A stretch of DNA of 64,000 nucleotides, taken from positions 335 through 64,334 of the forward strand of contig JAZRWG010000015.1 of assembly GCA_045599545.1 (NCBI GenBank). The letters are read 5' to 3'. A program made the position numbers and the translations under genes. Below, one piece after another: positions 6,512 to 14,017 of the stretch (positions within the stretch are counted from its first letter, which is position 1; every line of letters starts with the position of its first letter). The stretch is from Paludibacteraceae bacterium. Its GTDB lineage: Bacteria > Bacteroidota > Bacteroidia > Bacteroidales > Paludibacteraceae. The notes beneath the pieces were generated by a model. It was not told where the DNA came from. It saw nothing but the letters and a program-made list of their open reading frames with translations, and did no database searches.

Positions 6512-7711
6512 ATGGATGTTCTATTAGAGAAGCATAATCAGTTTTTGCAGGTGGTTCCAATGCAAATTGTGCGTGATTGCATCAATGATATTGATTGGAG
6601 CGCCCCTATGTTGAGTATTCGTGGTCCGAAAGGGGTGGGAAAGTCCACATTAATGAGGCAGTATATTAAAACTCATTTTGATGCGGATGATCGATCGGTG
6701 TTATACTGTAGTTTGGATAGCGTTTATTTTGCTAGTCATACTTTATTAGAAACGGCAAAACATTTTTATTTAGAAGGCGGAAGACATTTGTTTCTTGACG
6801 AGGTGCATAAATATGAGAATTGGAGTAAAGAGTTGAAAGAGATTTATGATCTTTATCCACAAATGCAGCTTTGTATTAGTTCCAGTTCTTTGCTTAATTT
6901 ATATGCCGGTCAAGCAGATCTTAGCCGTCGGTGTATCAATTATGACATACAAGGATTGAGTTTTCGGGAGTATCTGCGATTTTATAAGCAAATAGACCTG
7001 CCTCGCTATTCGTTGGAACAAATTCTATCCGAGCCCAATGCTATTTGTAGTGCTGTTAAAGAGGTGTGTAATCCTGTTGCGGAGTTTAAAAACTACCTGC
7101 ATTTTGGTTATTATCCATTCTATTTGACTTATAAGGACAGTTATTACACAGCGATTGAGCAAGTGGTAAATACCATTATTGATGTTGATTTAGTGAATGT
7201 AGGCAAAGTGGATTCGGCAAACTGTCGTAAGATTAAAGCTTTGATGTCCGTACTTAGTACTAGCGAACCCTATGAATTAGATATTAGTAAGATGTCTATT
7301 CAAAGTGGATTGACGCGGAATACTCTTGTTGATTATCTCAATCGGATGGATCAAGCGGGCTTGTTAAAACTCCTATATAGTGACTTGATGAATGTTAAGA
7401 GGATGCAAAAACCGGATAAGATTTTTATTGAAAATCCTAATATGCTTTATGCGTTAGCGTCTAATTCCATTAAAATAGGGACGGCGCGGGAGACATTTGC
7501 GGTGAATCAATTAAGTTATCAGCATCAAGTGGAGTTCGGTAAAAAGCAAGGCGACTTGCATGTAGATGGAATCTATACATTTGAGATTGGTGGAGAGAAT
7601 AAAGACTTCTCGCAAGTAGCAAATATCCCCAATTCGTATATTTTAGCCGACGATATTGATTCCGCGATAGGTCATAAGATTCCTTTGTGGGCGTTTGGTT
7701 TCTTATACTAG
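6512..7711 (+). CDS. AAA+ ATPase with DUF4143-like C-terminal domain
   Basis: 399 aa. Walker A GPKGVGKST and Walker B LFLDEVH. Roughly half the residues match 3687..4892 by eye, but the last 66 nt match it at 64/66. Confidence 0.85.
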   Translation: MDVLLEKHNQFLQVVPMQIVRDCINDIDWSAPMLSIRGPKGVGKSTLMRQYIKTHFDADDRSVLYCSLDSVYFASHTLLETAKHFYLEGGRHLFLDEVHKYENWSKELKEIYDLYPQMQLCISSSSLLNLYAGQADLSRRCINYDIQGLSFREYLRFYKQIDLPRYSLEQILSEPNAICSAVKEVCNPVAEFKNYLHFGYYPFYLTYKDSYYTAIEQVVNTIIDVDLVNVGKVDSANCRKIKALMSVLSTSEPYELDISKMSIQSGLTRNTLVDYLNRMDQAGLLKLLYSDLMNVKRMQKPDKIFIENPNMLYALASNSIKIGTARETFAVNQLSYQHQVEFGKKQGDLHVDGIYTFEIGGENKDFSQVANIPNSYILADDIDSAIGHKIPLWAFGFLY

Positions 7712-7749
7712 CCTCTCCGCCTTTCCGCCTCTCCGTCCTCTCCGCCTCT
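7712..7749. repeat. octamer array, about 5 units, pyrimidine strand up (CCTCTCCG / CCTTTCCG)
   Basis: Starts at the base after the TAG stop (7709-7711). It is the reverse complement of the GCRGARRG family. Confidence 0.85.
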
Positions 7750-7772
7750 AACCGGTAGGCGCTTGCGCCGTC

Positions 7773-7820
7773 TATTTTTGGCTATAACGCTATAAAAATA
7801 GGGTCATATAGCCAAAAATA
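7773..7820. terminator. AT-rich 14-bp-stem hairpin between convergent genes
   Basis: TATTTTTGGCTATA (7773-7786) pairs with TATAGCCAAAAATA (7807-7820). It lies between the 3' ends of 6512..7711 (+) and 7915..9975 (-). Possible bidirectional terminator. Confidence 0.4.
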
Positions 7821-7846
7821 ATTGATATTTTTCTGCATTTTTTAGC

Positions 7847-7903
7847 AAAAATCGTACTACACCGAAATTTAACACATTAAAAAATCGTACTACACCGAAA
7901 TTT
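7847..7903. repeat. two perfect 24-nt direct repeats AAAAATCGTACTACACCGAAATTT, 33-nt period
   Basis: Copies at 7847-7870 and 7880-7903, 12 nt downstream of the stop of the 7915..9975 gene. Confidence 0.9.
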
Positions 7904-7914
7904 TAAAGGGATTT

Positions 7915-9975
7915 TTACTTCGGGTCGGTGGAGTAGAAATAGTCAGAAATGGTGGTGACACCATTATTCGTATCTACCGTTTGACGAATCTTACCCGTAG
8001 TGGAATCATAGGTCTTCTTCGAAAGCTTGCGAGAAACCCAAGCGCCATCTGTCCAGTTGAACTCCTCGGTATAAACCTGTTGACCCTTGCTATCATACTG
8101 ATAAGCGCACTTTTCCGAATTATACCAACCGGAATCATTATAAGGATAAACCGACTCGTCGTAACGCTCCACAATATAGAGCGTATCCTTTCCACTCTGT
8201 AAATAGTGATTATAACGGAACATGCCTGTCCAACACCAATGGTTATAATCCCACTTATAACTAATACTCTGTGTCTCTTGCGATGTGCTCTTAAGCGTTT
8301 CCGACTTACTCAAGCCTTCCCAATCTTTGGGATATTGGGAATTGCTATTCCACTTATAGGAAGCGGTCATTACTTGCTGACAATTAAGATAACCATATTC
8401 GCTCTTATTTGAACCCGAACGAATGCCATTATTCCACTCATAACGAGCATCTAACGTCTTCTTATCCCCACAACCGGGCTCATATTCGTACACGCGCTCC
8501 CAATCGTGAGTCCAATCCCCCGCATCCCACACCCAGTGAGTGGATAAAGTTTGACGATTGTCCTCATTATATTCATAAGTAAATCGAGCGGAACCCATCT
8601 TCAGTCCCGGAACGGAATCATAATACGCCTCCTCAATCTTATTGCCACGCTCATCGTAATTGAGCACCGTCCACGTTTTTTGGGTAATATACCATTCTGT
8701 GCCGGTCCATGTTTCGTTATAGGTCGCCACACTCACCCCATCCTTATATTCATTACGCACGCGTGTGTAATCGACCCAATCGGGATCATTGAACTGCTGC
8801 GTTAATGTTTCTGTCAGTTTACCGCCCACATAGGTATAAATCGTCTGATAACCCACCCAAACGCCATCCTCTAACTTCAACGAAGAAGTCTTAATGAGCG
8901 TTGAGCCGGAATAGGTATTCTCATTCTTCTCGCTCTCTATCCACTCACGATTCGTGTCGTCCCACGTGTAATTCGTGACAGATGCTGCTTTACCACTCGA
9001 ATAAGTAGTTCGAGTTCGAGACTGTCCCTTATAGTGGTCTTTACTCCACGTATAACTTTCTTCCAGTGTTTTATTGGCGGTAGAACCATCATATTCCGTC
9101 ACCGTCTTACTTGACTCAACCCAGACTTGATTGGTCTTATTCCACGAGAAAGTCTCCTTCATCGTCACACGGTTATTGGCATTGAACTCCTGCACGGTCT
9201 TAGAACCATTGGTACACTGTCCCCCACTCCACTTGGAGTAGTTCTCGGTGTTGATCTGATTACCTTTAGAATCAAACTCCCAGACTTGGCGCTTGGATAC
9301 TTGCCAATCGTTATTCGCCCAATCATAAGTTTCATCCAAGGTCTTGAGTTTGTTGGGAGAATAAATATATTCCTGAACCGTACGCGACGAGCCCACCCAC
9401 TTGCCTATAGTCGTATTATAAGACGAATAATAATCCGTTCCGACCGCCGTACCTTGGCTATCAAAATGATATTCATACAATGTGGAATAGGTCATCTTTC
9501 CACTTACCAATTTAGACGAGCGAACCATGGTTTGCTTGCCTCCCGTATAACCATATTCGGTGACTGCAGAAGGATCCCACTTTAATTGGGGAGCATTCCA
9601 TGAATACTGAATCTGTGCCGTCTGTTGGTCAGAGGCATTCCACACTTTCTCTGTACGACTCGCACTATTTGCCGTCCAATCATTCGCAGTGGCATCCCAT
9701 TTGAGAGTAAGGGTCATAACCTCGTTCTTGCCCTTATCATCATAAACCTTGTAGGTATTAGAAGTGCCCTTTTTCACGCCATTCGTCCACTGATAAACGA
9801 CGGTGTTAATCTCTTTGTTGTTATCGTCATAGAAATGTTGCTCCAACTTGACATAGTTACCCGCTCCATCCTTGGTAACAATACTGTCCAATAGAGGCGT
9901 GGCCGCTTGTATGGGTGTAAGGGAGTAGAGGAATAGAGGGGTAGAGAGTAATATAAAGAGGTATTTTTTCATCAT
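7915..9975 (-). CDS. secreted 686-aa Trp-rich repeat protein (YD/beta-hairpin-like repeats)
   Basis: Signal peptide MMKKYLFILLSTPLFLYSLTPIQAA. About 14 degenerate 40-48-aa units such as TYDWANNDWQVSKRQVWEFDSKGNQ, FSWNKTNQVWVESSKTVTEYDG and YTWDDTNREWIESEKNENTYSG. 4-nt overlap with the upstream gene. Confidence 0.6.
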   Translation of the reverse strand: MMKKYLFILLSTPLFLYSLTPIQAATPLLDSIVTKDGAGNYVKLEQHFYDDNNKEINTVVYQWTNGVKKGTSNTYKVYDDKGKNEVMTLTLKWDATANDWTANSASRTEKVWNASDQQTAQIQYSWNAPQLKWDPSAVTEYGYTGGKQTMVRSSKLVSGKMTYSTLYEYHFDSQGTAVGTDYYSSYNTTIGKWVGSSRTVQEYIYSPNKLKTLDETYDWANNDWQVSKRQVWEFDSKGNQINTENYSKWSGGQCTNGSKTVQEFNANNRVTMKETFSWNKTNQVWVESSKTVTEYDGSTANKTLEESYTWSKDHYKGQSRTRTTYSSGKAASVTNYTWDDTNREWIESEKNENTYSGSTLIKTSSLKLEDGVWVGYQTIYTYVGGKLTETLTQQFNDPDWVDYTRVRNEYKDGVSVATYNETWTGTEWYITQKTWTVLNYDERGNKIEEAYYDSVPGLKMGSARFTYEYNEDNRQTLSTHWVWDAGDWTHDWERVYEYEPGCGDKKTLDARYEWNNGIRSGSNKSEYGYLNCQQVMTASYKWNSNSQYPKDWEGLSKSETLKSTSQETQSISYKWDYNHWCWTGMFRYNHYLQSGKDTLYIVERYDESVYPYNDSGWYNSEKCAYQYDSKGQQVYTEEFNWTDGAWVSRKLSKKTYDSTTGKIRQTVDTNNGVTTISDYFYSTDPK
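9915..9950. repeat. octamer array (GTAGRGGA family) inside a CDS
   Basis: gtgtaagggagtagaggaatagaggggtagagagta. It encodes LSTPLFLYSLTP of the signal peptide of 7915..9975. Confidence 0.8.
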
Positions 9976-10874
9976 AACGCTAACAATCCTAAACGAGAGA
10001 CTTTATGCTCGTAGGCGAAGGCGTAATAAACGCGCACGCCGAAATCTAAATAATGTATATTCGCTTTATACGATTGCGTGTAAGGAGCCATTGTCAATTG
10101 CCCCTCCTGCCACCTACCTATGCCCTCATTGGAACCGGAGTTCATGCGGAAACAGTCAAAACGCATAAACGCTTGCAAACCCAGCCGATGACGCTCCGCC
10201 ACCTGCCACTCATATCCCACTTGTCCTGCCAAATAGAGATGAAACTTAATATCCGTCTTAGGTCCCTTCTCCATCGGCGTGACGGGCATATCAACAGAGA
10301 GTTTAGACACAGGAATATACATATTCACCACCGGATTATCCATTACCGCCTCTTGCCAATGGATGAGTTCACAAACACCAACAACACCTACATTAAACGT
10401 CACATGATACAGACTCATCGCCAACATAAAAGGCACTTCCAGTTGCAGTTTATTATAGTTCTCCCGCCCCGCCCAATGAACGGTGTCAATAACCTTATAC
10501 CCATTAGGCGAAACCAACGACATAACCGAGGTCGAATCCGCAAGCGTGAACGACGAGGAGGAATAAGTAGCCCCCAATCCAATCAACGGACCAAAATAGA
10601 ACCGTTCGGGAGTCGGCGCATAAGACTCACGCAAATCTATCTTACGAACAAGGAACTGACCTCTATACACCATATCCAAACCAACACTCATGCCCGGCTG
10701 CGCCTTGAGCGGTCCAACTAAAGTGTTATGCGACATGCCGCCACGCACACCCACTTCTACCAAGTCCCAACCCTTGCGTGGCAAAAAAACAGAGGACTTC
10801 TGCTTTAACTGCGCACTCAACGTAGTGGAAAGTGAGAGTGAGAGTAAGAGTAATATGTACGCGAGGCGCTTCAT
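9972..10874 (-). CDS. outer-membrane beta-barrel protein (OMP_b-brl_2-like)
   Basis: 300 aa with signal peptide MKRLAYILLLLSLSLSTTLSAQ. Alternating hydrophobic strands throughout with aromatic-rich strand ends (GVRVYYAFAY). 4-nt overlaps on both sides. Confidence 0.55.
   Translation of the reverse strand: MKRLAYILLLLSLSLSTTLSAQLKQKSSVFLPRKGWDLVEVGVRGGMSHNTLVGPLKAQPGMSVGLDMVYRGQFLVRKIDLRESYAPTPERFYFGPLIGLGATYSSSSFTLADSTSVMSLVSPNGYKVIDTVHWAGRENYNKLQLEVPFMLAMSLYHVTFNVGVVGVCELIHWQEAVMDNPVVNMYIPVSKLSVDMPVTPMEKGPKTDIKFHLYLAGQVGYEWQVAERHRLGLQAFMRFDCFRMNSGSNEGIGRWQEGQLTMAPYTQSYKANIHYLDFGVRVYYAFAYEHKVSRLGLLAL
10829..10855. repeat. hexamer array (GTGAGA / GTAAGA) inside a CDS
   Basis: It encodes LLLLSLSLS of the signal peptide of 9972..10874. 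Confidence 0.7.
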
Positions 10875-11554
10875 TTAGTCGTTAGTTTTTGACCATCTAT
10901 GGTGTAGAAGGTTTCGTTACGTTGGATATAAATCATGCCGTCCTTGAATATCTTTTGGGTGTAGGGGAGTAGAGGAGTAGAGGTGTAGGGTAAGTCCGTG
11001 CGAACGGCAGGGAAACCACGCATAATCGTGGTACACATATACGAAGCCTCCGCCTTATCAGCATTCACCGTGACTTCAGCATAGTATTTCTGCCAATCAT
11101 CATTCAAACCAATCGCCAACGTAAAGCCCTTGGAAACTAAAATATCTTCATTAACATCCGCGTCTCTATGCACTCCCACATCGTCTATCGGTTCCACAAT
11201 CTGATACCACCGGACACAATCTTCTGATACCGGAGGAGTCAACCACCCTTCGGACAAAAGTTGGTCTTTGTTGACCATAAACAGCCAATCGTAAATACGA
11301 TCCACCGGTGCCTGATAAACCTTACAACGCGGTTCAAAAATAGCCTCCAATTCGATATTATCATCCACATCCACCGTGCGGACACGATTCGTGTCCCCGT
11401 CCGACCACGCCACAAAGCGATAACCGGGCAGAGGCTGAGCCTCAATGCGGACTTGTTCGCCACAATCGAACGAGTCCTGCACGACTTCCTGCGCCGTCAC
11501 TTTAGTGACAGTGAACGTGAGAAGTGAGAATAATATGAACGCGAAGCGTTGCAT
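10871..11554 (-). CDS. secreted protein with an N-terminally incomplete InlB-B-repeat-like domain and a conserved C-terminal tail
   Basis: Signal peptide MQRFAFILFSLLTFTVTKVTAQ, then FDCGEQVRIEAQPLPGYRFVAWSDG...ELEAIF (B-repeat-type GY.F..W motif). C-terminus QKIFKDGMIYIQRNETFYTIDGQKLTTK. Confidence 0.55.
   Translation of the reverse strand: MQRFAFILFSLLTFTVTKVTAQEVVQDSFDCGEQVRIEAQPLPGYRFVAWSDGDTNRVRTVDVDDNIELEAIFEPRCKVYQAPVDRIYDWLFMVNKDQLLSEGWLTPPVSEDCVRWYQIVEPIDDVGVHRDADVNEDILVSKGFTLAIGLNDDWQKYYAEVTVNADKAEASYMCTTIMRGFPAVRTDLPYTSTPLLPYTQKIFKDGMIYIQRNETFYTIDGQKLTTK
10961..10991. repeat. octamer array (GTAGGGGA family) inside a CDS
   Basis: It encodes YTSTPLLPYT near the C-terminus of 10871..11554. 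Confidence 0.85.
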
Positions 11555-11558
11555 TTTT

Positions 11559-11585
11559 GGGGAGTAGGGGTGTAGGGGAGTAGGG
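11559..11585. repeat. octamer array (GTAGGGGA family), intergenic
   Basis: ggggagtaggggtgtaggggagtaggg, between 10871..11554 and 11604..12146. Confidence 0.85.
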
Positions 11586-11603
11586 TTAGTAATTAATGGT
11601 TAG

Positions 11604-12146
11604 TTATTCGTTTTGAGAGAGGATGACAACCTTACCCATAGAGGAGTCGGACGGAGTCAACTTGATGCTCAGTTTCTTCACCTTGAAGGTTGCTACTAAT
11701 TGCATATCTGCCGTAGGACTGACGGTAATCGCCATTTGATCCGAATACAGATCCTCCGTGCCGGCATAATACCAACCTACGAACTCATAGCAGTCGTCCG
11801 TAACCTTAGCCATAGCCACAACCGACTCGCCCCAAGGTACATTGGCATCGAAAGCTCCTTCGGCACTTAAACTATCTACTACCGTGCCGCCTAACGTAGC
11901 CGAGAAGGAGACCTTGAGATCGTTGTGAGCGAAGATGGCCGTTAGGAGAGTATCCTTCTGCAAATCAATCTGACGTTGAGCCTGAGTCACACCATCACTC
12001 CACTGAACGAAGTGATAACCGGCATTAGGCTGAGCCTCAATGGTAACTAATTCACCGCAATCGAAAGTAGCGGTAGTGTCCTGAACTGTTTGTGCATTGA
12101 GCATCATGCTCGTTGCGCAAAGCGCAATTAAAAGAATTTTTTTCAT
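11604..12146 (-). CDS. secreted protein built from InlB-B-repeat-like domains (partial + complete + partial)
   Basis: Signal peptide MKKILLIALCATSMMLNAQT. Then FDCGELVTIEAQPNAGYHFVQWSDG...TAIF, a complete unit LKVSFSATLGGTVV...CYEFVGWYY...LVATF, and finally only the first strands KLSIKLTPSDSSMGKVVI. Confidence 0.55.
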   Translation of the reverse strand: MKKILLIALCATSMMLNAQTVQDTTATFDCGELVTIEAQPNAGYHFVQWSDGVTQAQRQIDLQKDTLLTAIFAHNDLKVSFSATLGGTVVDSLSAEGAFDANVPWGESVVAMAKVTDDCYEFVGWYYAGTEDLYSDQMAITVSPTADMQLVATFKVKKLSIKLTPSDSSMGKVVILSQNE

Positions 12147-12874
12147 TGTGGTTTGAAAATAATTACTTTACCCATCGCTGCATCGTCCACATGCAAGTGA
12201 ATCGTGTGCTGACAAACGGGTTGAACCAAGCGAACCGAACAACCTATATAGCGGTCGGTTTCGACGGATTCGAGATTAATAATATTGATATAATTAGCTT
12301 TCTTGGAATGATTCGAGGTGGCAGTCCAATAATAACCGACTTCACCCTCTTGCATTATGTCCACACCATCACGGTAACCCTGATAGGGCAAGAAAACGGC
12401 ACCCTTTGCCGAAACAGCAGCCCAATCAGCCACCGCTTGATTCACCGAAATAGTAAACGTATCCGGCAAAAGGACAAGACCCTTTTGATTGTCTATCATA
12501 GCCTCGCCTGCAAGTTTCGCTGCATTGGGACGGGAGTTCAACAGATATGTCCACTCCTCCGCCGTCAAGGTACGCCAAGGCTCTTCGTCGGGCTGCACCG
12601 GCTGGAGCGTTCCCCAATCGAGGAAATCACCGGCATAAGCACCGTTGGCGCGCACAAAAGCAACGCCGTAGAAGTCGGTAACACGATAACTCGACTTACC
12701 ACTCCAACCAAAAAGGTGGAAATCCGATTCGTCCGGCAGAACGGCAGGACGAGTGAAATTCTCGGGCGCAAAAGTAACCTGCTCACCATGGCTATTAATG
12801 GTGAACACATTCGCGGCAGCGTGAACACTCACGCATGCGCAAAACAATAGTATTTGCAGTACCCAGCGCTTCAC
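12143..12874 (-). CDS. secreted protein with a FISUMP/DUF1566-like domain
   Basis: The track ORF starts at GTG 12892; the GTG at 12874 (VKRWVLQILLFCACVSVHAAA signal peptide) is preferred. Motifs FGWSG, DWG, WRTLTAEEWTYLL, FLPYQGYRDG, GYYWTAT and GCSVRLV resemble the Fibrobacter-succinogenes-major-paralogous domain. Ends with HTIHLHVDDAAMGKVII. Confidence 0.5.
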   Translation of the reverse strand: MKRWVLQILLFCACVSVHAAANVFTINSHGEQVTFAPENFTRPAVLPDESDFHLFGWSGKSSYRVTDFYGVAFVRANGAYAGDFLDWGTLQPVQPDEEPWRTLTAEEWTYLLNSRPNAAKLAGEAMIDNQKGLVLLPDTFTISVNQAVADWAAVSAKGAVFLPYQGYRDGVDIMQEGEVGYYWTATSNHSKKANYINIINLESVETDRYIGCSVRLVQPVCQHTIHLHVDDAAMGKVIIFKPQ

Positions 12875-12903
12875 TATAAGGGACAATTGCACAAAATAGC
12901 ACG

Positions 12904-12935
12904 CAAAGATACTACTTTTTTATGATATATGCAAA
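12904..12935 (-). promoter_or_regulatory. Bacteroides-type promoter (TTTG-20 nt-TATCTTTG) for the five-gene surface operon
   Basis: -7 box at 12904-12911, -33 at 12932-12935. Confidence 0.7.
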
Positions 12936-12948
12936 TAAATTTTGATTT

Positions 12949-13554
12949 TTAAAACAAAAAGGTATCTACCAAAGCGTGAATAGACCTTTTCCCGTCATTA
13001 ACGAGCACAATATCCGCTTTTGAGGCGCACTCCTGCTCGCTCATCTGCGCCGCTATACGAGCACGCACCTGCTCTTCGGTGACGTGGTCGCGCGCCATGG
13101 TGCGAGCGATGCGAATATCCTCCGGTGCGGTGACGCAGATAGTGAGATCACATAAATCATCAAGGTGCGATTCAAAGAGAAGGGCGGATTCAAGGAGTAG
13201 AGGAGTAGAGGGGTAGAGGGGTAGGGTTTGCTCGATATCCTTGCGGACGGCAGGGTGAACAAGGGCGTTGAGACGACGCAAGAGGTCTGGGTTAGAGAAG
13301 ACGCGCTGCGCCACGAGGTCGGTTCGATAAGTATTCCCCTCATAGACATCTGCGCCCAAGAGCGCCGAGATGACTGCCTTGAGTTCAGAAGACTCCACGA
13401 TGAGGCGCTTGGCCTCCTTATCCGTGTCATAGAGCACGTAGCCGCGCGAAGCTATTTCGCGCGCAATCGTGGATTTGCCACTGCCTATGCCGCCGGTGAT
13501 GCCAATGATTTTGGGGGTAGAGGGGTATGGGAGTAGAGGAGTAGGGTTATTCAT
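12949..13554 (-). CDS. coaE: dephospho-CoA kinase
   Basis: IIGITGGIGSGKSTIAREIASRGYVLYDTDKEAKRL P-loop start typical of CoaE. It carries two repeat-derived segments (NPTPLLPYPSTP and LPLYPSTPLLLES). Confidence 0.9.
   Translation of the reverse strand: MNNPTPLLPYPSTPKIIGITGGIGSGKSTIAREIASRGYVLYDTDKEAKRLIVESSELKAVISALLGADVYEGNTYRTDLVAQRVFSNPDLLRRLNALVHPAVRKDIEQTLPLYPSTPLLLESALLFESHLDDLCDLTICVTAPEDIRIARTMARDHVTEEQVRARIAAQMSEQECASKADIVLVNDGKRSIHALVDTFLF
13194..13227. repeat. octamer array (GTAGAGGR) inside coaE
   Basis: It encodes LPLYPSTPLLLES. Confidence 0.85.
13514..13547. repeat. octamer array (GTAGAGGR) at the coaE 5' end / rlmH 3' end
   Basis: It encodes NPTPLLPYPSTP at the CoaE N-terminus and reaches the rlmH stop region. 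Confidence 0.85.
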
Positions 13555-14017
13555 GATGATAAGGTTCGTGATGTAATATAGTCATGGCGCGGTAGAGCTG
13601 TTCGGTGAAAAGGAGCCTAATCATCTGATGCGAGAAAGTCATCTTGGAGATGGAGATCTGCCCATCTGCTCTATCATACACCGCCTTACTGAACCCATAG
13701 GGTCCGCCCACCACAAAGGTCACATCCCTACCCGACGAGAGTTTGCGCTGCACAAAATCGGCAAACTCCACCGACCGATACTCGCGTCCGTGCTCATCGA
13801 GCAACAGAACCTCCTGATTGGGCGTGAGCGATTTAAGAATGAGTTGTCCCTCCTGCTCCTTGACCTGCTCCTGCGTAAGCGACTTGGCGTTTTTGAGGTC
13901 GGGAATGACTTGCAATGCAAAGGGCACGTAATGATTGAGACGCTTGATATATTCGCCTATCAAAGCATCCAAATGCGTATCCGTCGTCTTGCCGGTCAAA
14001 AGGAGAGTTATTTTCAT
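13547..14017 (-). CDS. rlmH: 23S rRNA (pseudouridine1915-N3)-methyltransferase
   Basis: 156 aa and collinear with E. coli RlmH (MKITLL..., FVVGGPYGFS, C-terminal HEPYHHE). Confidence 0.9.
   Translation of the reverse strand: MKITLLLTGKTTDTHLDALIGEYIKRLNHYVPFALQVIPDLKNAKSLTQEQVKEQEGQLILKSLTPNQEVLLLDEHGREYRSVEFADFVQRKLSSGRDVTFVVGGPYGFSKAVYDRADGQISISKMTFSHQMIRLLFTEQLYRAMTILHHEPYHHE

Noticed and set aside
10053-12850. Long antisense ORFs (10053..10721 and 12113..12850) within the surface operon. Similar cases occur at 24254..24925, 27820..28491, 34483..35040, 42783..43412 and 58760..59590.
   Set aside because: All lie opposite genes with signal peptides or catalytic motifs. They are rich in R/H/I/L low-information sequence and lack promoters.
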